64,000 nucleotides of DNA from Lama guanicoe (Eukaryota). The notes under the pieces were generated by a model that was given only the letters and a program-made list of their open reading frames with translations, had not been told where the DNA came from and made no database searches. The DNA lies in the NCBI GenBank assembly GCA_013239625.1, contig MU053482.1, forward strand, positions 3,929,922 through 3,993,921, in the 5' to 3' direction. Of the stretch, positions 48,974 to 61,350 are shown in pieces (within the stretch, counting starts at the first letter, position 1; each line of letters begins with the position of its first letter). The translations under genes were made by a program, and so were the position numbers.

Positions 48974-49115
48974 TGTTGGTTATTAATATATTACCTGTCG
49001 GCTCCAAATTCACTGTTTGCTGCCTGAACAGTTGGAATGGATAAGGACTCTTTACATTCTTCTCCTTTGCCAGCTGGCATGATGTTAAGCTTTGTCAGTA
49101 GAGGGCACTGGATGT
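48974..49115 (+). mobile_element. ERVL LTR 5' fragment (LTR33/LTR41-like)
   Basis: GGCTCCAAATTCAC..TTCTCCTTTGCCAGCTGGCATGATGTTAAGCTTTGTCAGTAGAGGGCACTGG. Confidence 0.6.
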
Positions 49116-50074
49116 ACCGACTCCCCCTACACATCTGCCCACCAGCTTGCAATGCTCTGCTCCCCAGAGGGTGTTCCTACTTGCCTGATGACCATGAAGC
49201 CCCTCTGGTTTAGGGACCCAGTGAGCTTCTCCGCCATCATATTTCTCTTGGACTATTCCAGTAGCCTCTTAACTGGTCTCCTTTCTTCTACGCTTGTTAC
49301 TCTGCAACATATCCTGATGCCAACTGATTAGTAATGCTTCAGTTATCATATATGAAGTTTTGATATACAGCAGGCTCGGTTTCAGGCTAATTTATTCTAT
49401 TCTAGCATACTGACCCATCTATTTATTTGATTTGGGACCCTCATCACCACATTTGACTTTTGATGTTAAAGTATCCTCACATCTGGTAGGGCAGGTTCTC
49501 CTCACTGTTCTTCAATACATTTTTTTTCCCCAGCTATTTCCTGCTCACTCTTCCAGATGAATTTTAGAATCATTTTGCCATGTTCCAAAAAAACCCTCAG
49601 TATTAAAAATTCATTTGGGAAAATGAACATCTTTACACTGTTGAGTTTTTCCATCTAAGAGATTGACATGTCTATATTTAGTTACCTTTTACATCCTCAA
49701 GAAAGCTTTCTGATTTTCATTATATAGGCCCTGCCCTTGTCTGGCAGGATTATTTGCAGGCAGGTATGTCTTGTTGCTATTCTGTACCAGATTCTTAATT
49801 TTTCTATCATTTAAATGATTACTATTATTATATAGAAAAGTTATTGATTTTTGCATGTTTATTTTGTAGTGAATCATTTTATCGAATTCTTCTTATCAAT
49901 TCTACGTGCTTTCAATGGGTATGAGTTTTGTGGGTATGAAATTCACACTGACTGTAAATAATGATGGTTTTCTCTTCCTTCCCAATAATTATACTTCTTA
50001 CTTATGTTTTGTATTTCATTATGCCAACCAGAACTTCTAGAACAATGTTACACCATAACAGTATTCTGGAAAAA

Positions 50075-51395
50075 TTTTACATTTATATGCAAAAAATGGA
50101 CATTGACCCTTTTCTCACTCTGTCTATAAAAATTAACTCAAAATGAATCATATACTCAAAAGTAAGAGCTAAAACTGTAAAACTTTTAGAAGAAAGTATA
50201 GGAGAAAAAAAACCCCTTTGTGTCCTTGAGCTAGGCAATGATTTCTTACATAAGACACAAAAAGCAAGAATCATAAAAGAAAAAAAGGATAAATTGGGCT
50301 TCATCAGAATAAAACCTTTTGCTTTTTGAAAGACACTCTTAAGAAAATGAAAAGACAAGCCAAACTGAGAAAACATTTGCAAAACACAAATTTGATAAAG
50401 AACTTATATTCGGGGAAGGGTATAGCTCAGTGGTACAGTGCGTGCTTAGTGTGCAGGAGGTCCTGGGTTCAATCCCCAGTACCTCCATTATAAAATAAAT
50501 AAATAAATAAACCTAACTACCTCCCCCCCAAAAAAGTAAAATAAAAAAAAAGAACTTGTATTCAGAATGTACAAAGACTCCTCACAGCTCAATAATAAGA
50601 CAAACAACCGTATGAAAAAATAGGTGAGTAATTTGAGCAGATACTCCACCAAAAAAGATATATTAGTAGCAAATAGACACATGGAATGATGCTCAACATC
50701 ATCTGTTATGAGACAAATAAAAATTAAAATCAAGCCAAGATACTGCTGTGCGTTTCTTGAAGAACTACAGTCAACAGACTGATAATACCAAGTGCTGGTG
50801 AGAAGGCAGAGCAACAGAGTGCTGGTGGAAATGCAAAATGGTATAGCACTTTGGAAAACAGTTTGGCAGTTTCTTATAAAGTCAAATATTTACTTACTGT
50901 GACCTAGCAGTTCTACTTTTAGATATTTACCCAGTAAAAAACAAACACAGATGTTTATACAAAACCCTTTACACAAATGTTTATGGGAGCTTCATTCATA
51001 ACAATCTGAAACTTAAAACAACCCAATGTCCATCTATCACTGAAGGGATAAACACATATGGTACATTTATACGACAGAATGCACTCACGCAGCAACTTGG
51101 AGGAATCTCAAAAGCAGTATACTAAGGGAAAGAAGCAGACACCAAAGGCCACTGTATGGTTTCATTATCTGACACTGGAGGAGGCCAAAGGATAGGGACA
51201 GAAATCAGATCAATGGTTGGCTGGGCTGGGGTCTGGAAGGGAGATGGCTAAGGGAGTTTGAGGGAACTTTGTGGTGATGAAAATAGTTTATGTATTGGAT
51301 ACTGTGGTGCTTAAATGATAGTATATATTTGCTAGAACCTTTAAAGGGGTAAATTTTCATGTATGCAAATTGTACTTCAACTAACCTTTTTAAAA
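50075..51395 (+). mobile_element. L1M 3' portion (ORF2 C-terminus plus 3' UTR)
   Basis: AAAATTAACTCAAAATGAATCATA, GTAAGAGCTAAAACTGTAAAACTTTTAGAAG, CACTTTGGAAAACAGTTTGGCAGTTTC; ends GTATGCAAATTGTACTTCAA. Confidence 0.85.
50412..50548 (+). mobile_element. tRNA-Ala-derived SINE (Vic-1 type), copy 3, inserted in L1
   Basis: GGGGAAGGGTATAGCTCAGTGG..GGTCCTGGGTTCAATCCCCAGTACCTCCA; TSD AAAGAACTTATATTC (50397-50411) / AAAGAACTTGTATTC (50549-50563). Confidence 0.92.
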
Positions 51396-51561
51396 AAGAC
51401 AAAGATACATAGGCCAAAAAAAAAATGATGGTGGAATTAGCTGTAATCCTTGTTTTGCTTTTGTTTTAATATGAATGGCATTATTTATGTATTATTTTGG
51501 CCACAGTTTTAGGGAAAAAAAGAGAGGGATGTATTTTTATTATGTTAAGGAAATAGCCTTC

Positions 51562-52160
51562 AGTATGGTTAAGACTTATTAGCTGCCAGTAACAGAAACA
51601 GATTCTGGATGATTTAAGCAGAGAAGGAATTTATTTACGGGATCCTGGATAGCTCAGAGAATCACCAGAAAGTCAGGGATGAGAAGAGCCTGGGCAGCTT
51701 GCACCGCAGCCCAGATTACCACACAGAACAGAGAGGGACGTACCGCCGTCTTGGAATGTGGGATTCGTGGCTTGAAATGTTGGCACTGCTGGCCCTGGAG
51801 CCCGGATGTAGCCTCTTGTGCTTCTGTTGCTGATGTCCCTGCAAACTGATGTGGCTACAATTAATGGAACCACCATAAAAATTTTTCTGCACTCAATAAC
51901 GCTGAAATTAAAAAAAAAATTTCTCTGCTGCCTGTCATCTTGGCTCCACTGTTTGAGTTTAGGCCAAGTGCCTTGCTGTTGCTGCAAGGGTAGGGCTGGC
52001 CCCCAGAGTAGCAAGCAACTGTTTTCTCCATTTCTGTATGGGAAGTACCTCTGCCTCCCACCAAAATTCAGAAAGTGAGGGATTTCTCACACCTGGGTGG
52101 GGGAGGATCAGGTGTGGAATGCTCTCCCACTAAAAAAAACCCATCAATGTCCACTTGTAC
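51562..52160 (-). mobile_element. Very old MaLR LTR (MLT1L-N class)
   Basis: GCCAGTAACAGAAACAGATTCTGGATGATTTAAGCAGAGAAGGAATTTATT start; TGCTGCAAGGGTAGGGCTGG..ATGTCCAC end. Confidence 0.6.
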
Positions 52161-54059
52161 CATCTCTTCCTAGTATTTTATTGAATGTCCCCTTTAGGAA
52201 TCAATGTTGAATTTTCATTAATGATTTTCCTGTCCCTACTGAGATAATCACCTGGTTTCTCTTTTTTGACCCTTTCATTTATTCTGTAAACAGATTTATT
52301 CATATTAAAACAGCTTTGCATGGCATTCTTTGGGTAAACCCTGCTTGGTTGTGGTAAATTATTCTTTTAATAGACTGTTGAATTCAACTTGCCGACGTTT
52401 TGTCTAGAATTTCCACGTCCGTATTCATGAGTGAGCTTGGTCTCATTTCCTTTAATTTCATGCTATCTCTTTGTCAGCTTCAATGACATTCTGGCCTCCT
52501 CCTCTCAGGGGTTTTATGCCCCCTGGTTGGGTTTTGAACTCTGAAATCTATTTCATAAACCACAGGCTTTACCACAGCCCACACATCTCATCAGGCATTA
52601 GGAAATCACGGGGAAGGACACAGATATGATGAGAAAGTCCAGATGCCTGAGGCATGCCTTAAATTACTCTGGGACAATTACTGAGGACTGACCGTGTGCC
52701 AGCTGCTCAGTTATTTAACCTGAAGCTTAAATGAGCTTCTCCTCTGTGGGTAGAATCCAGATGACCCATGAGAATCATTTGGAAACAGAGAAAGTGAGAG
52801 GGAACCCAAAAGGCCATCTCATCTACCTGTGTTTTATGGTCAGAAAATGAAAGCCCACAGAAGGGATGAGACCTGTCCCAGGTGCATACCCAGCTTTCCC
52901 TGACTCTCTGAGCCTTGTTCTTTCAGAGCCTCTATTCATAGACAGGGCAGCCAAAACACAGGTTCAGGCCTGGCTGAAAAGAGTTTTTAAGCCCCTCAGC
53001 AAGAGCGGACAAGCTGACACTCTTAATACAGTGGGTATTGATGTTGGGAAGTTATGCCAGCTTGCCCACCCCTCACTAGTCCTGTCCAAACAGAAGTCTA
53101 AGGAGCATCAAATACAGCCCAGAGGTTAAGCCAAGGGTTTGGAGCCAGGTGCCCTGGATTCAAGTCCCAAGTCCACCACAACAGAACTGTGACACCTGGG
53201 ATTCTGAAGCCGTGGTTTCTCATCTGTAAAACGGGATGTTGAGAGAGTCTAAAGTTAAACCAGCTCTGGACTCAGAGCAAGCACTCAGTTAATTCTATAA
53301 AGAGCCTGCTCTGTGCCACATCTGTTCCCGACAGCAGGGCTACAGAGATAACTAAGGCTCAAAATGATGTATTATTGTAGTGCCAATGTCTGTTCAAAAT
53401 ACACTTTTTGCTCATAGGAATGGCATCTTTAAAAAGCCATATCTTTCATTTTTCCCTGGAAGCAGTACTTAACAGAACAAAAAGGTCTTTGAAGAATTCT
53501 TGGATAAAGGAATAAGTTTGTGATAAGCAATATAATAAAATGTCAATAGTATAAACTAGATAGTGGATATGTGGGTGTTCACTGGAAAAATTTAAACTTT
53601 GATATATGTTTGAAAGTGTCCATAATGAAGTATTGAAAATGTGTGGAATAAAGCTGGAGAATCAAGGGTTTTCAAAGGGTTGGATTTCAAGAGAACTTTG
53701 GATTCAGGAGCTATGTATTCCAACTGTTAATTGAACATAAAGATTGCTTTATAACTTACCAAAAAAATAGAATTCTTGGAACACTTCCTTATCATCCTCT
53801 CCAGCTCTTTGATTTTTACGGAGATGCTCTGGGGATGTCTTACCTGGGCTCACCTCACCTGTGCTGCTCACAGACCAGGGAATCTTTGGCACCTGTGTCC
53901 AGAGCCAGAGTCCCAGGTCAACCACCTCCAAGTATCTCGCAGCCACTTTCAGATGGGCTAAGTGGAGTCAGAGTTCTTTGAAAAGCATAAAGCTGTCATG
54001 AGCAAGGTACTCTTTATTGGTTGAGGTTTCATTTGATTGACATCCAATATGAGAAGATA

Positions 54060-54480
54060 TCTTTGTCAGCCATCGTTTGGTTACCTGGATGCAGGGGAAT
54101 TTCCAGGCATCCTTTGGAAGAATCATAACTGGGCTTCACCAGGACTGAAAGTCATCAGGCTACTCCTCTCTCTGCTTCTCTGCTACTGTCTGGGGCCATG
54201 TGCCTCTGCACCATCCTCCTCTCTGTAAAACTAGTTTCTTTCCCAAGGTTTGCAGCAATACTTGCCAGATTCAATGACTCTGTGGCTCTGCCTGGCGTTG
54301 GCGCAGCCGCTGTGGTGCCCAACCCCATACAGCTAACTCTGTTCTTGTGGCCTAAGACTCAGCCTGGGTTGGGTATCCACCCTTAGTCCAATCGTGTGTG
54401 TGTCCTGAGTAGAATCCCATGCCACCCAGAACTGAGTTCAGTGTGGTGCGGGTTCTCTGAGAGGGAAGGGGCCTAGTGTA
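54060..54480 (-). mobile_element. Old MaLR LTR fragment (MLT1K-like)
   Basis: ACTCTGTGGCTCTGCCTGG..CCACCCTTAGTCCAATC layout; weak similarity. Confidence 0.4.
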
Positions 54481-55334
54481 TGCTTGCTGGAGCTAAGTCA
54501 CCCATCTCAGTGCTTTGTTTTACAAACGAGTAGAACAAATCAGGAAATTGAAGTGACGGGCGAGATCACACAGAGAAGTAATAGTAGTGCTGGCACTTGA
54601 ATCCAGGCCTCCTAACCTGGGATATTTTTTTCTCCATCACTCCTGCCCTTCTCTGGGTCAGACACAGAGAAGTGTTTGTCCTGGGTGGACATGCTCTGTA
54701 ATGGAGAAATGGAAATCAAAACGACATGCCTGGTTAGCCAGGCTGCACCCACTGGGTGTGTCTTACTGAGGCTGGGTAGTCGATGTGGGTGGGAAGGGCT
54801 GCCTCGAACAGGGGAGCAAAGCTTTGGCTGCATTCTGATGTCCCCTGGCCAGCGGAGAGGCACCACATGGAGCTACCCTGGGGCTGATTGAGTGCCTCTT
54901 CTCGGGGTAGGGAGTGCTCGCTCGCTCGCTAGGACTGGGCAGACCATTCACTCAATGTCAGCACAAAAGGCCTCCCCAGGACACGCCTCTTGCCTCTCAA
55001 CTCTCCAACTCCATATATGGTGGTAGAAAGCCCGTACCACATCCCACATCCACACCTCCCGGCTGCGCCAGAAAAGGGAGCATTTATTTGGAGGAACTGT
55101 GCCAGGCTCTAGGGATAGAATGGAGAACAAACATAAGTGTTTCTGCCCCAAGTGGGCTTATGGCCTAGAACAGGAGGCAGACAGATCCACTCCATGCTGT
55201 GTGTGGAAGGCAGGAACCAGGAGCAGGGAGGGCACAGGACAGCCCACCTGGTGGGGCCGGGGAGGGCCTGCTGGGGACAGGGACGACCTCCCTGAGGAAG
55301 GTGCTGGGCTTCTGGCTAAGGATGGGCAATGATG

Positions 55335-55550
55335 ACACCTAACATTTCTGAGCACTCACAGCGTGCCTGGCACTAAGTGCTGGACATGCATCAACTCATT
55401 GCCCCTGCAGCTACAGGAACTATCATTGTTTCCATTTTACAGATGAGGAGACTGAGGTGCAAAGAGCTTTTGTAAACTGCCCAAAGCCACATAGTTTTGC
55501 TTTTTGTTTTAAAGCTCTGGAACTGGGGATTTGAAGCCTGCCTGTCTGAC
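55335..55550 (-). mobile_element. MIR SINE
   Basis: TTTCCATTTTACAGATGAGGAGACTGAGG..AACTGCCCAAAGCCACATAG. Confidence 0.75.
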
Positions 55551-55559
55551 TGCAGGTGC

Positions 55560-56080
55560 TGCACGTGTAACCAATACCCACAGCAGATGTGAAGTAGCAA
55601 AGGTGGGGAGACAACAGCAGGAGGCCCGGAGAGAAGGCACAGAGAGGAGACCAGCCCGGGGGAGCACAGCGAGTGAGGAGAACCAGGTGCCAGCTGAAGC
55701 CTGAAGCCTGGTGAGGGCTTGCAGGAGCTTGTCGGACCTGGCAGGCCACACTAAGAATTTTATTCTTTATCTGGGGCGCAATAGGTTAGAAGACACTGAA
55801 GGAATTTCAGGATGGGAAACACATGATCAGAATTGTAATTTTAAAAGATGATTCTGTTTGCAGAGTGGAGAACAGATTGGAAGGGGGCAGGAGTAGATGT
55901 GAGGAGACAAATTTAGAGGCCACTGCAGGGCCCCAGGGGAGGGATGATGGCAGTTGAAGGAGGGGGCAGTGAAGAAAGAGGGAAGTGGGAGGGAGGGTCT
56001 TTGGTGATATGGGGGCTGAAGGAGAGGGAGGTCTCAAGGAGACGCCTCAGATCCCGGCTGTGGGACTAGATGGAGTGTGG
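55560..56080 (-). mobile_element. L2 fragment
   Basis: GCAGGCCACACTAAGAATTTTATTCTTTATC..CATGATCAGAATTGTAATTTTAAAAGATGATTCTG..GAGGGATGATGGCAG. Confidence 0.7.
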
Positions 56081-57379
56081 CCGCGCACTGAGCGGGCAGT
56101 CGTGGGCAGTCGCTGGAAGAATGTACTTATTTTCTGCATTTGTCCACACTTCTACATATGTGTGACTCTCCAGTACTAGGGACAGTTTTACTTTTCGATG
56201 TTTAAGAATAGCTGTGAGTAAGGGGGTGGTATGACGCCTCTGGGAAATGGCAAAAAGGCAGCCTTGTCTTTTCTGCCACTTACAGACCCTGTGCTGTCAC
56301 CAGAAAAATGACTCAGAGATGGGGCCAGAGCACCCACCCCTATCATCCCAAGCAGAGTGAAGGGAGTGAGCTGCTCGGCAGTCAGCCCTTCTGGAGGCAA
56401 AGCCCCTGCCTGGGTTTTCCAAGCTCACTGCGGGAAACTCATACTCTTCCTAGAATTCCTCATTCCCCAAAACCCAGGTTCTAACAGGCTCTCCTGAGTA
56501 CGTGTCATCAGTCTAACCACATGGTGTGGTAGTTGTGAAGCAGTTCAACAGAAAACCCCAGGGAGGCTGTTAGAAGTTCCACCTCCAGCCTAGCCCTTGG
56601 AGCTGGGAGATTTGGAAGGATTGACAAGGAAGCAGCCACGAAACAAATGGCCCTAGTAATGGAGAGAATCAGCCACCTCTTCCCAATAGACAAAGTTTTG
56701 TTGTCCCACCTAAAAAACCCTCCGCTGGCAGACGTTTGATACACTCCTCACAGGCGAGGCATTTAGTGAAGCAGGATACCTGGATACAGTGGTGCCTGGC
56801 CAGATGCCCTCTTTGGGACTGAGGCGCTCCATCCTCCAGACGCCAGGAGTGGAGGCTGCTGACAGCTCATGGCTGAGTCCACTCTGGAAGCTGCCCTTCA
56901 CCTCCTCACTGCCATGCTCGGGGCCAGGGGCTCTTCCTGGGCAGCTTTGCCTGAGTCCATGGTGGCCCTGAATACCATGCCGGCTCCAGAGCTCCCTGCA
57001 GAATGGGGTCCTGTTATGACTGTCTCTCTGTTCAGCTTCCCCCACAGCCCCATCCTGCTCCCTTCACTCCAGAACATGCCCAGTCAACCTCCTGCACGTC
57101 CACCTCCCTCTCAGGATCTGTCCCCTGGGAGTCTGACCTCCCACACAGATGGCTTTGTAACGTGGTATAATTCCTTGGCTTGTCGACATGCACTTCCTTT
57201 TCTTGTGTGTTTCCAGTTAGAATGGATCGCAGGGGAGATTTTCCAGAGCTTTTGGAGGTGAAGGGGAGGCAGCAGCCATCCTATAGCATTGTTGTAATGT
57301 GCTGACTCCACTCCTGGTGTGAAGCAGCAGCTGGGCCAAGTGTGTGGGTTTCACTCAGTGACGAGGGGCTCTGCCTCTG

Positions 57380-57731
57380 CAGGATTTCTTCTCCACTAAG
57401 GTCAGAGGCAACAAGGATGGAGACAGGTTCTAGGCTGTCCTGATGGGGCCCTAGATTGTGCCTGTGGGGTTCCAGACCGCTTGTGATCGTTCCTTCCTAA
57501 GTGTCTGCCTCACGGACTTCAAGCTCCAGTATCAGATGCAGAGACAGCTGCACAGGGACCGCTTAATCAGCTCTCACAATGCGTAGGTCAATTCCCTGTA
57601 ATAAATCCCTTAATACATCTATGTGTCTATTTTTATCTGTAGCTATATCTATATAGCTGCGTCTGTATTTGTATTTATATCTGTTGCTTTCCTACTGGTT
57701 CTGCTTCATTGGTCCAACCCTGTCTGAAAGA
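57380..57731 (+). mobile_element. ERVL-class LTR 3' part
   Basis: CCCTGTAATAAATCCCTTAATACAT, a TA-rich tract, then CCTACTGGTTCTGCTTC..AACCCTG; same class as 1876-2505. Confidence 0.55.
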
Positions 57732-58902
57732 CACACACTCTAATTAGAGGAAAGCTGAAGCCATGCATAGATCAGTGCAGTAGCAAATAGGGTCAGGATG
57801 AGCTGGAACAATAAACGCACAGCCAACAGTCTGCTCTTTGAAGAAAGAAATGTGAGCAGTTAAGTGTGTCTACTGTGATGCCAGGATGCGGGAGACCCGC
57901 TCCCCTGGCCCAGAAAGGAGTGTGCAGGCGATGGGCAAGCCTGGAGCAACAGCCCGGGACAGTGTGAGTCACAGGAGACCTCGCCTCAGCCTCCTGGTTG
58001 GGGGCTGCACCAGCGCCTCACGTGGAGGGGCTGGTGGTTAAGTCCTTACCCCTCTCCTGCACGGTCGTGCTGGCACCATTTCTGGATGTGTGCACACACG
58101 TACAGCAGCGTGGTTCATCCACAGTTTGCCTCGATTCTTCCCAGCTCCTCCTTTCGTGGTTCATAACTGTCAGCACTCTGCTGCCAGCGCGGCGCTCGGA
58201 CGCAGCTGGGCAGGCGCAGGAGCCCCGTCCTGCGTGGGCTGGCTCTGAACAGGGGCCTTTCCTGAGGGTGTTCACTTTATTTGAAGGCGTTTGTTTTCAG
58301 GTCATTCCCTTCTCCTCGTCTTTCGGGAAACAGTTATTGTACTTTCCCCCCATGGAGTGTGACTGGATGTTGCCCCTCACAGTTTCCCAGGTTGGGATTG
58401 GTTACCCCGACATGGAAGGAGGAAGAGGGTTGTGAGCATAAGGAGGGAGGGGGAGAGAGGAACAGTTTCTGACTGGGAAATAAGAGGGGATAAAAGCGTA
58501 ACAGCAGCAGAAGGGAATAGGAAGAAGGTTTATTAGCCAGTGTTTGAAAACATGAGGCTCCCAGAGCAGAATTCTTCACAGATTCAGTGGCTGTCACACA
58601 TACTTTATCTGCAAAGCTGTAAAAAGCCCGTGCAAAGGAAATGCAGTGCCTCTCCTGAGCACAGCTTAGCTTTCAGTTCTGCTGTCCTTAGGAGACCCAT
58701 CCTCGGGCTCTTCGGCTTTGGGGCCTTAACCACAGGTTCCCTGCCACCTGCTCCTTGAGTCTCTATCCTCTGAGTAACGGCCCGAGTCCGGGGAGCCGGT
58801 TCTCTTGGGGGGACTGTGCTGTTCAGAAGCAGCCTCTTGAGGACAGCGCAGGAAAGCTTTCTTTTCCATCTAACTCCTGCAACTGTTGGTCTGTCTGCAG
58901 AC

Positions 58903-59414
58903 ATTGGTAAGCTGAAAAATGACCTCCCCCCAAATACCCACATCCTCATCCCTGGAACCTGCGAATGTTATCGTACATGGCAAAAAGGGTCTTGGCAGAT
59001 GTGAATAATTTAAGGATCTCGAGATGGGAAAGTTATCCTAGGTTATCCAGGGGGGCCCTGAGTGCAATTACCCGTATCCTTGTAAGAGGGAAGCAGAGGG
59101 AGCTTTGACACACAGCAGAGAAGGTAATGTGAAGATGGATCAGACAGAAACTTGAAGATGCTGGCCTTAAAGATCAGAGTGATGTAGCCACAAGCCAAAG
59201 AACGGAGGCAGCCACCAGAAACTGGACAGTCAGGAAACAAATTTTCTCCTAGAACCCCTGAGGGAGAGGATGACCCTCCAGTGCCTTAGTTCCAGGGCTG
59301 TAATACTGACTTTGGACTTGTGAGCTTCAAAACTGTTGAGAGAATAAATTTGTCTTATTTTAAGACACCAAGTTTGTGGCTGATTTGTTACAGCAGCCAC
59401 AAGAGACTAATACA
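58903..59414 (+). mobile_element. MaLR solo LTR (MLT1C/D-like)
   Basis: CCACATCCTCATCCCTGGAACCTGCGAATGTTA..GAGAATAAATTTG..TTTGTTACAGCAGCCACAAGAGACTAATACA; near-TSD CAGAC/CAGAG. Confidence 0.88.
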
Positions 59415-59599
59415 CAGAGCCTTTATGTGTCTGCTGTAAAATGTCTTCTTTGTCAACACTGGGAGAACAGGAGCTTTGCAGAAATGGTGGGAAGGATCTC
59501 CAAGGTGTGGGTGCACAGTGTGCAGGGATCTCAGTCCCTGAGCAGGCAGGCTGGTGGGAGGGAACTGAGTTCTGACATAGAGGAGGACCACTGGGTACA

Positions 59600-59850
59600 A
59601 TGAGGCAGTGTAGTCTGAGGGCTGTGGATTCAGACAAACTAATGTTTATATATCCTTGTTTTACTTCTGACCTAGTATTTGGTTTTTGGCATGTTACTAA
59701 ATATTTTTTAGTTTCCTTCTCTGTTAAACAGGGAAAAATAATACATACTTCACTGGCTACTGGAAAAATTTTAATGAGATGAGGCACTAAAATATAGCAA
59801 AGCATCTAACACATTTATATGCTAAAGAAGTGGCAACTCTAAGTGATAAT
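59600..59850 (+). mobile_element. Degraded MIR
   Basis: GAGGCAGTGTAG..GTGGATTCAGACAAACT..TTTCCTTCTCTGTTAAACAGGG. Confidence 0.55.
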
Positions 59851-60114
59851 TAAAGTGTGGTGATTCAGGCATGGTTCTAGCAATCCTTGCTTTCACGAGG
59901 ACAAATCCCTCGGGTCAGGCAGGCGAGTGTTACTAAATGGCTCCTCAATTCTCCTCTCAGCTGGGGCTGCATCAGGGTCAGGACTGTGTCTTTTTGGCAG
60001 GATTGGCACTTGGGGCACGGGGCACAGGAAGTGGGGTCTGGCACGGGGAAGGAAGGTAGCAAAAGCCAGGGAGATTCTAGGCTCCAGTTCCAGAGGGTCC
60101 CAGGTTACAGGTCA

Positions 60115-60286
60115 TCACCACAACCTAATTTATGAGACTCAGTGCCAAATGAAACCTTGGGGCCCCTTGCTCAAATCATTAAGAATTTCAAGACAGCAAT
60201 GGTAGAGCTTTAAAACAAGCACTGGGCCTATCTGAGCACAGGGCCCTGGTGACTGTCATGTGTGCATAGCCACAAAATCAGCTTGG
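60115..60286 (-). mobile_element. MER45A hAT-Tip100 MITE
   Basis: GGGGCCCCTTGCTCAAATCATTAAGAATTTCAAGACAGCAATGGTAGAGC..CTGAGCACAGGGCCCTG matches the reverse of MER45A. Confidence 0.75.
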
Positions 60287-60371
60287 CCAGCTTTGGGACG
60301 GTGGGGAATTAAAGTCCTATAAACTAGACCAGGCCAGGCTGAAAAAGGCAGAGCCCCACTGAGTCCTAGGG

Positions 60372-60524
60372 CCATGCTGCTCACTCTGCCATGACTGGGA
60401 CTCACCCAGGAGCTGGTGACCATGCAGATTCAGGCTCAGCAATTCTGGTGTGGGACTGCATTTCTCACTGGCTCCCTTGGGACACCTGATGCTGATTGTC
60501 CTCAGGCCACACTTTGAGTAGCAA
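60372..60524. mobile_element. MER5-type MITE
   Basis: ATGCAGATTC..CTGCATTTCTCAC..TGATGCTG..GGCCACACTTTGAGTAGCAAG. Confidence 0.7.
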
Positions 60525-60899
60525 GTTTCCAAGAGTCACCTTAGGTCAAGCACACAAGGGTGATGAGGACCTGGGCATTGGTGTTTCTGTCATCCGGTTT
60601 TGCAGGTTACCAGTCTTATCTTTAGGGACTTGGCACTTCTGTTCTGAACCAACAGGAAGCCACCTGAATGTTGTACTTACCTGTTATTTCAGGAGTCACA
60701 CTAGGTTTAGTCAAAGAGGGAAAGTTTGGACCTACTAAAGGTGGGCTGTCTGTATCAATTCTGTTCCTGATACAGTAACAGTAACAATACAATAAGGATA
60801 CCTTTGTGGGTTGTATTCATTGAGCACAAACCATGTGCTAGAAACAGAACTAATCACAAGCATGATCCTTTTTTGGTGGTTTGTAACTGTATCTAGTTG

Positions 60900-61350
60900 A
60901 AAAGTATTAATAAAAGTAGCTAATATATATGTGCCGGGCCCTATAATCGGTGATTGTATTACACATGAATTCATTTAAAGACGCACAAAATTTTTACCAT
61001 TAATTTTCATGCATAATCTTCATATGCCTTTTAACATCACTGGAGTAAGTATTGCCCTTATGCCCATTTTACAGATGTGGAAACTGACATAAGACATGTT
61101 CAGTCATCTGCTCTTATCTGACTGGCTTCCAAGTCCTGCCCTCAAATTTGTGAATTAATGGGAACAGATTGAGGGTTGGCTAATACCAAACAGTTTACAA
61201 CGTGTTCTCACAGGGGACAATTCATTTGCTCTTTACAGACACCTTAAGAAGCAGTGCTGAGATCCAGTTTATGAATAAAGAGATTGAGGCCTGGAGCATG
61301 TAAGTGACTTGCCAAATCCATAGCCAGTAAGAAGGAGAGGTGAAGCCCAG
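60900..61350 (-). mobile_element. MIR fragments
   Basis: GCCCATTTTACAGATGTGGAAACTGA (about 61062) and GATTGAGGCCTGGAGCATGTAAGTGACTTGCC (about 61282). Confidence 0.6.

Larger units (their letters stand above)
49340..52470 (-). mobile_element. Old L1M ORF2 fragment in three pieces (about 49340-50060, 51425-51561, 52160-52470), split by later insertions
   Basis: Antisense ORF2 (YKINMQKSITFLY) stays collinear across both insertions: ..TTCTAGAACAATGTT | ATCCTTGTTTTG..GTTAAGGAAATAGCCTTC | TTCCTAGT..ATGTTGAATTTT. Confidence 0.65.
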
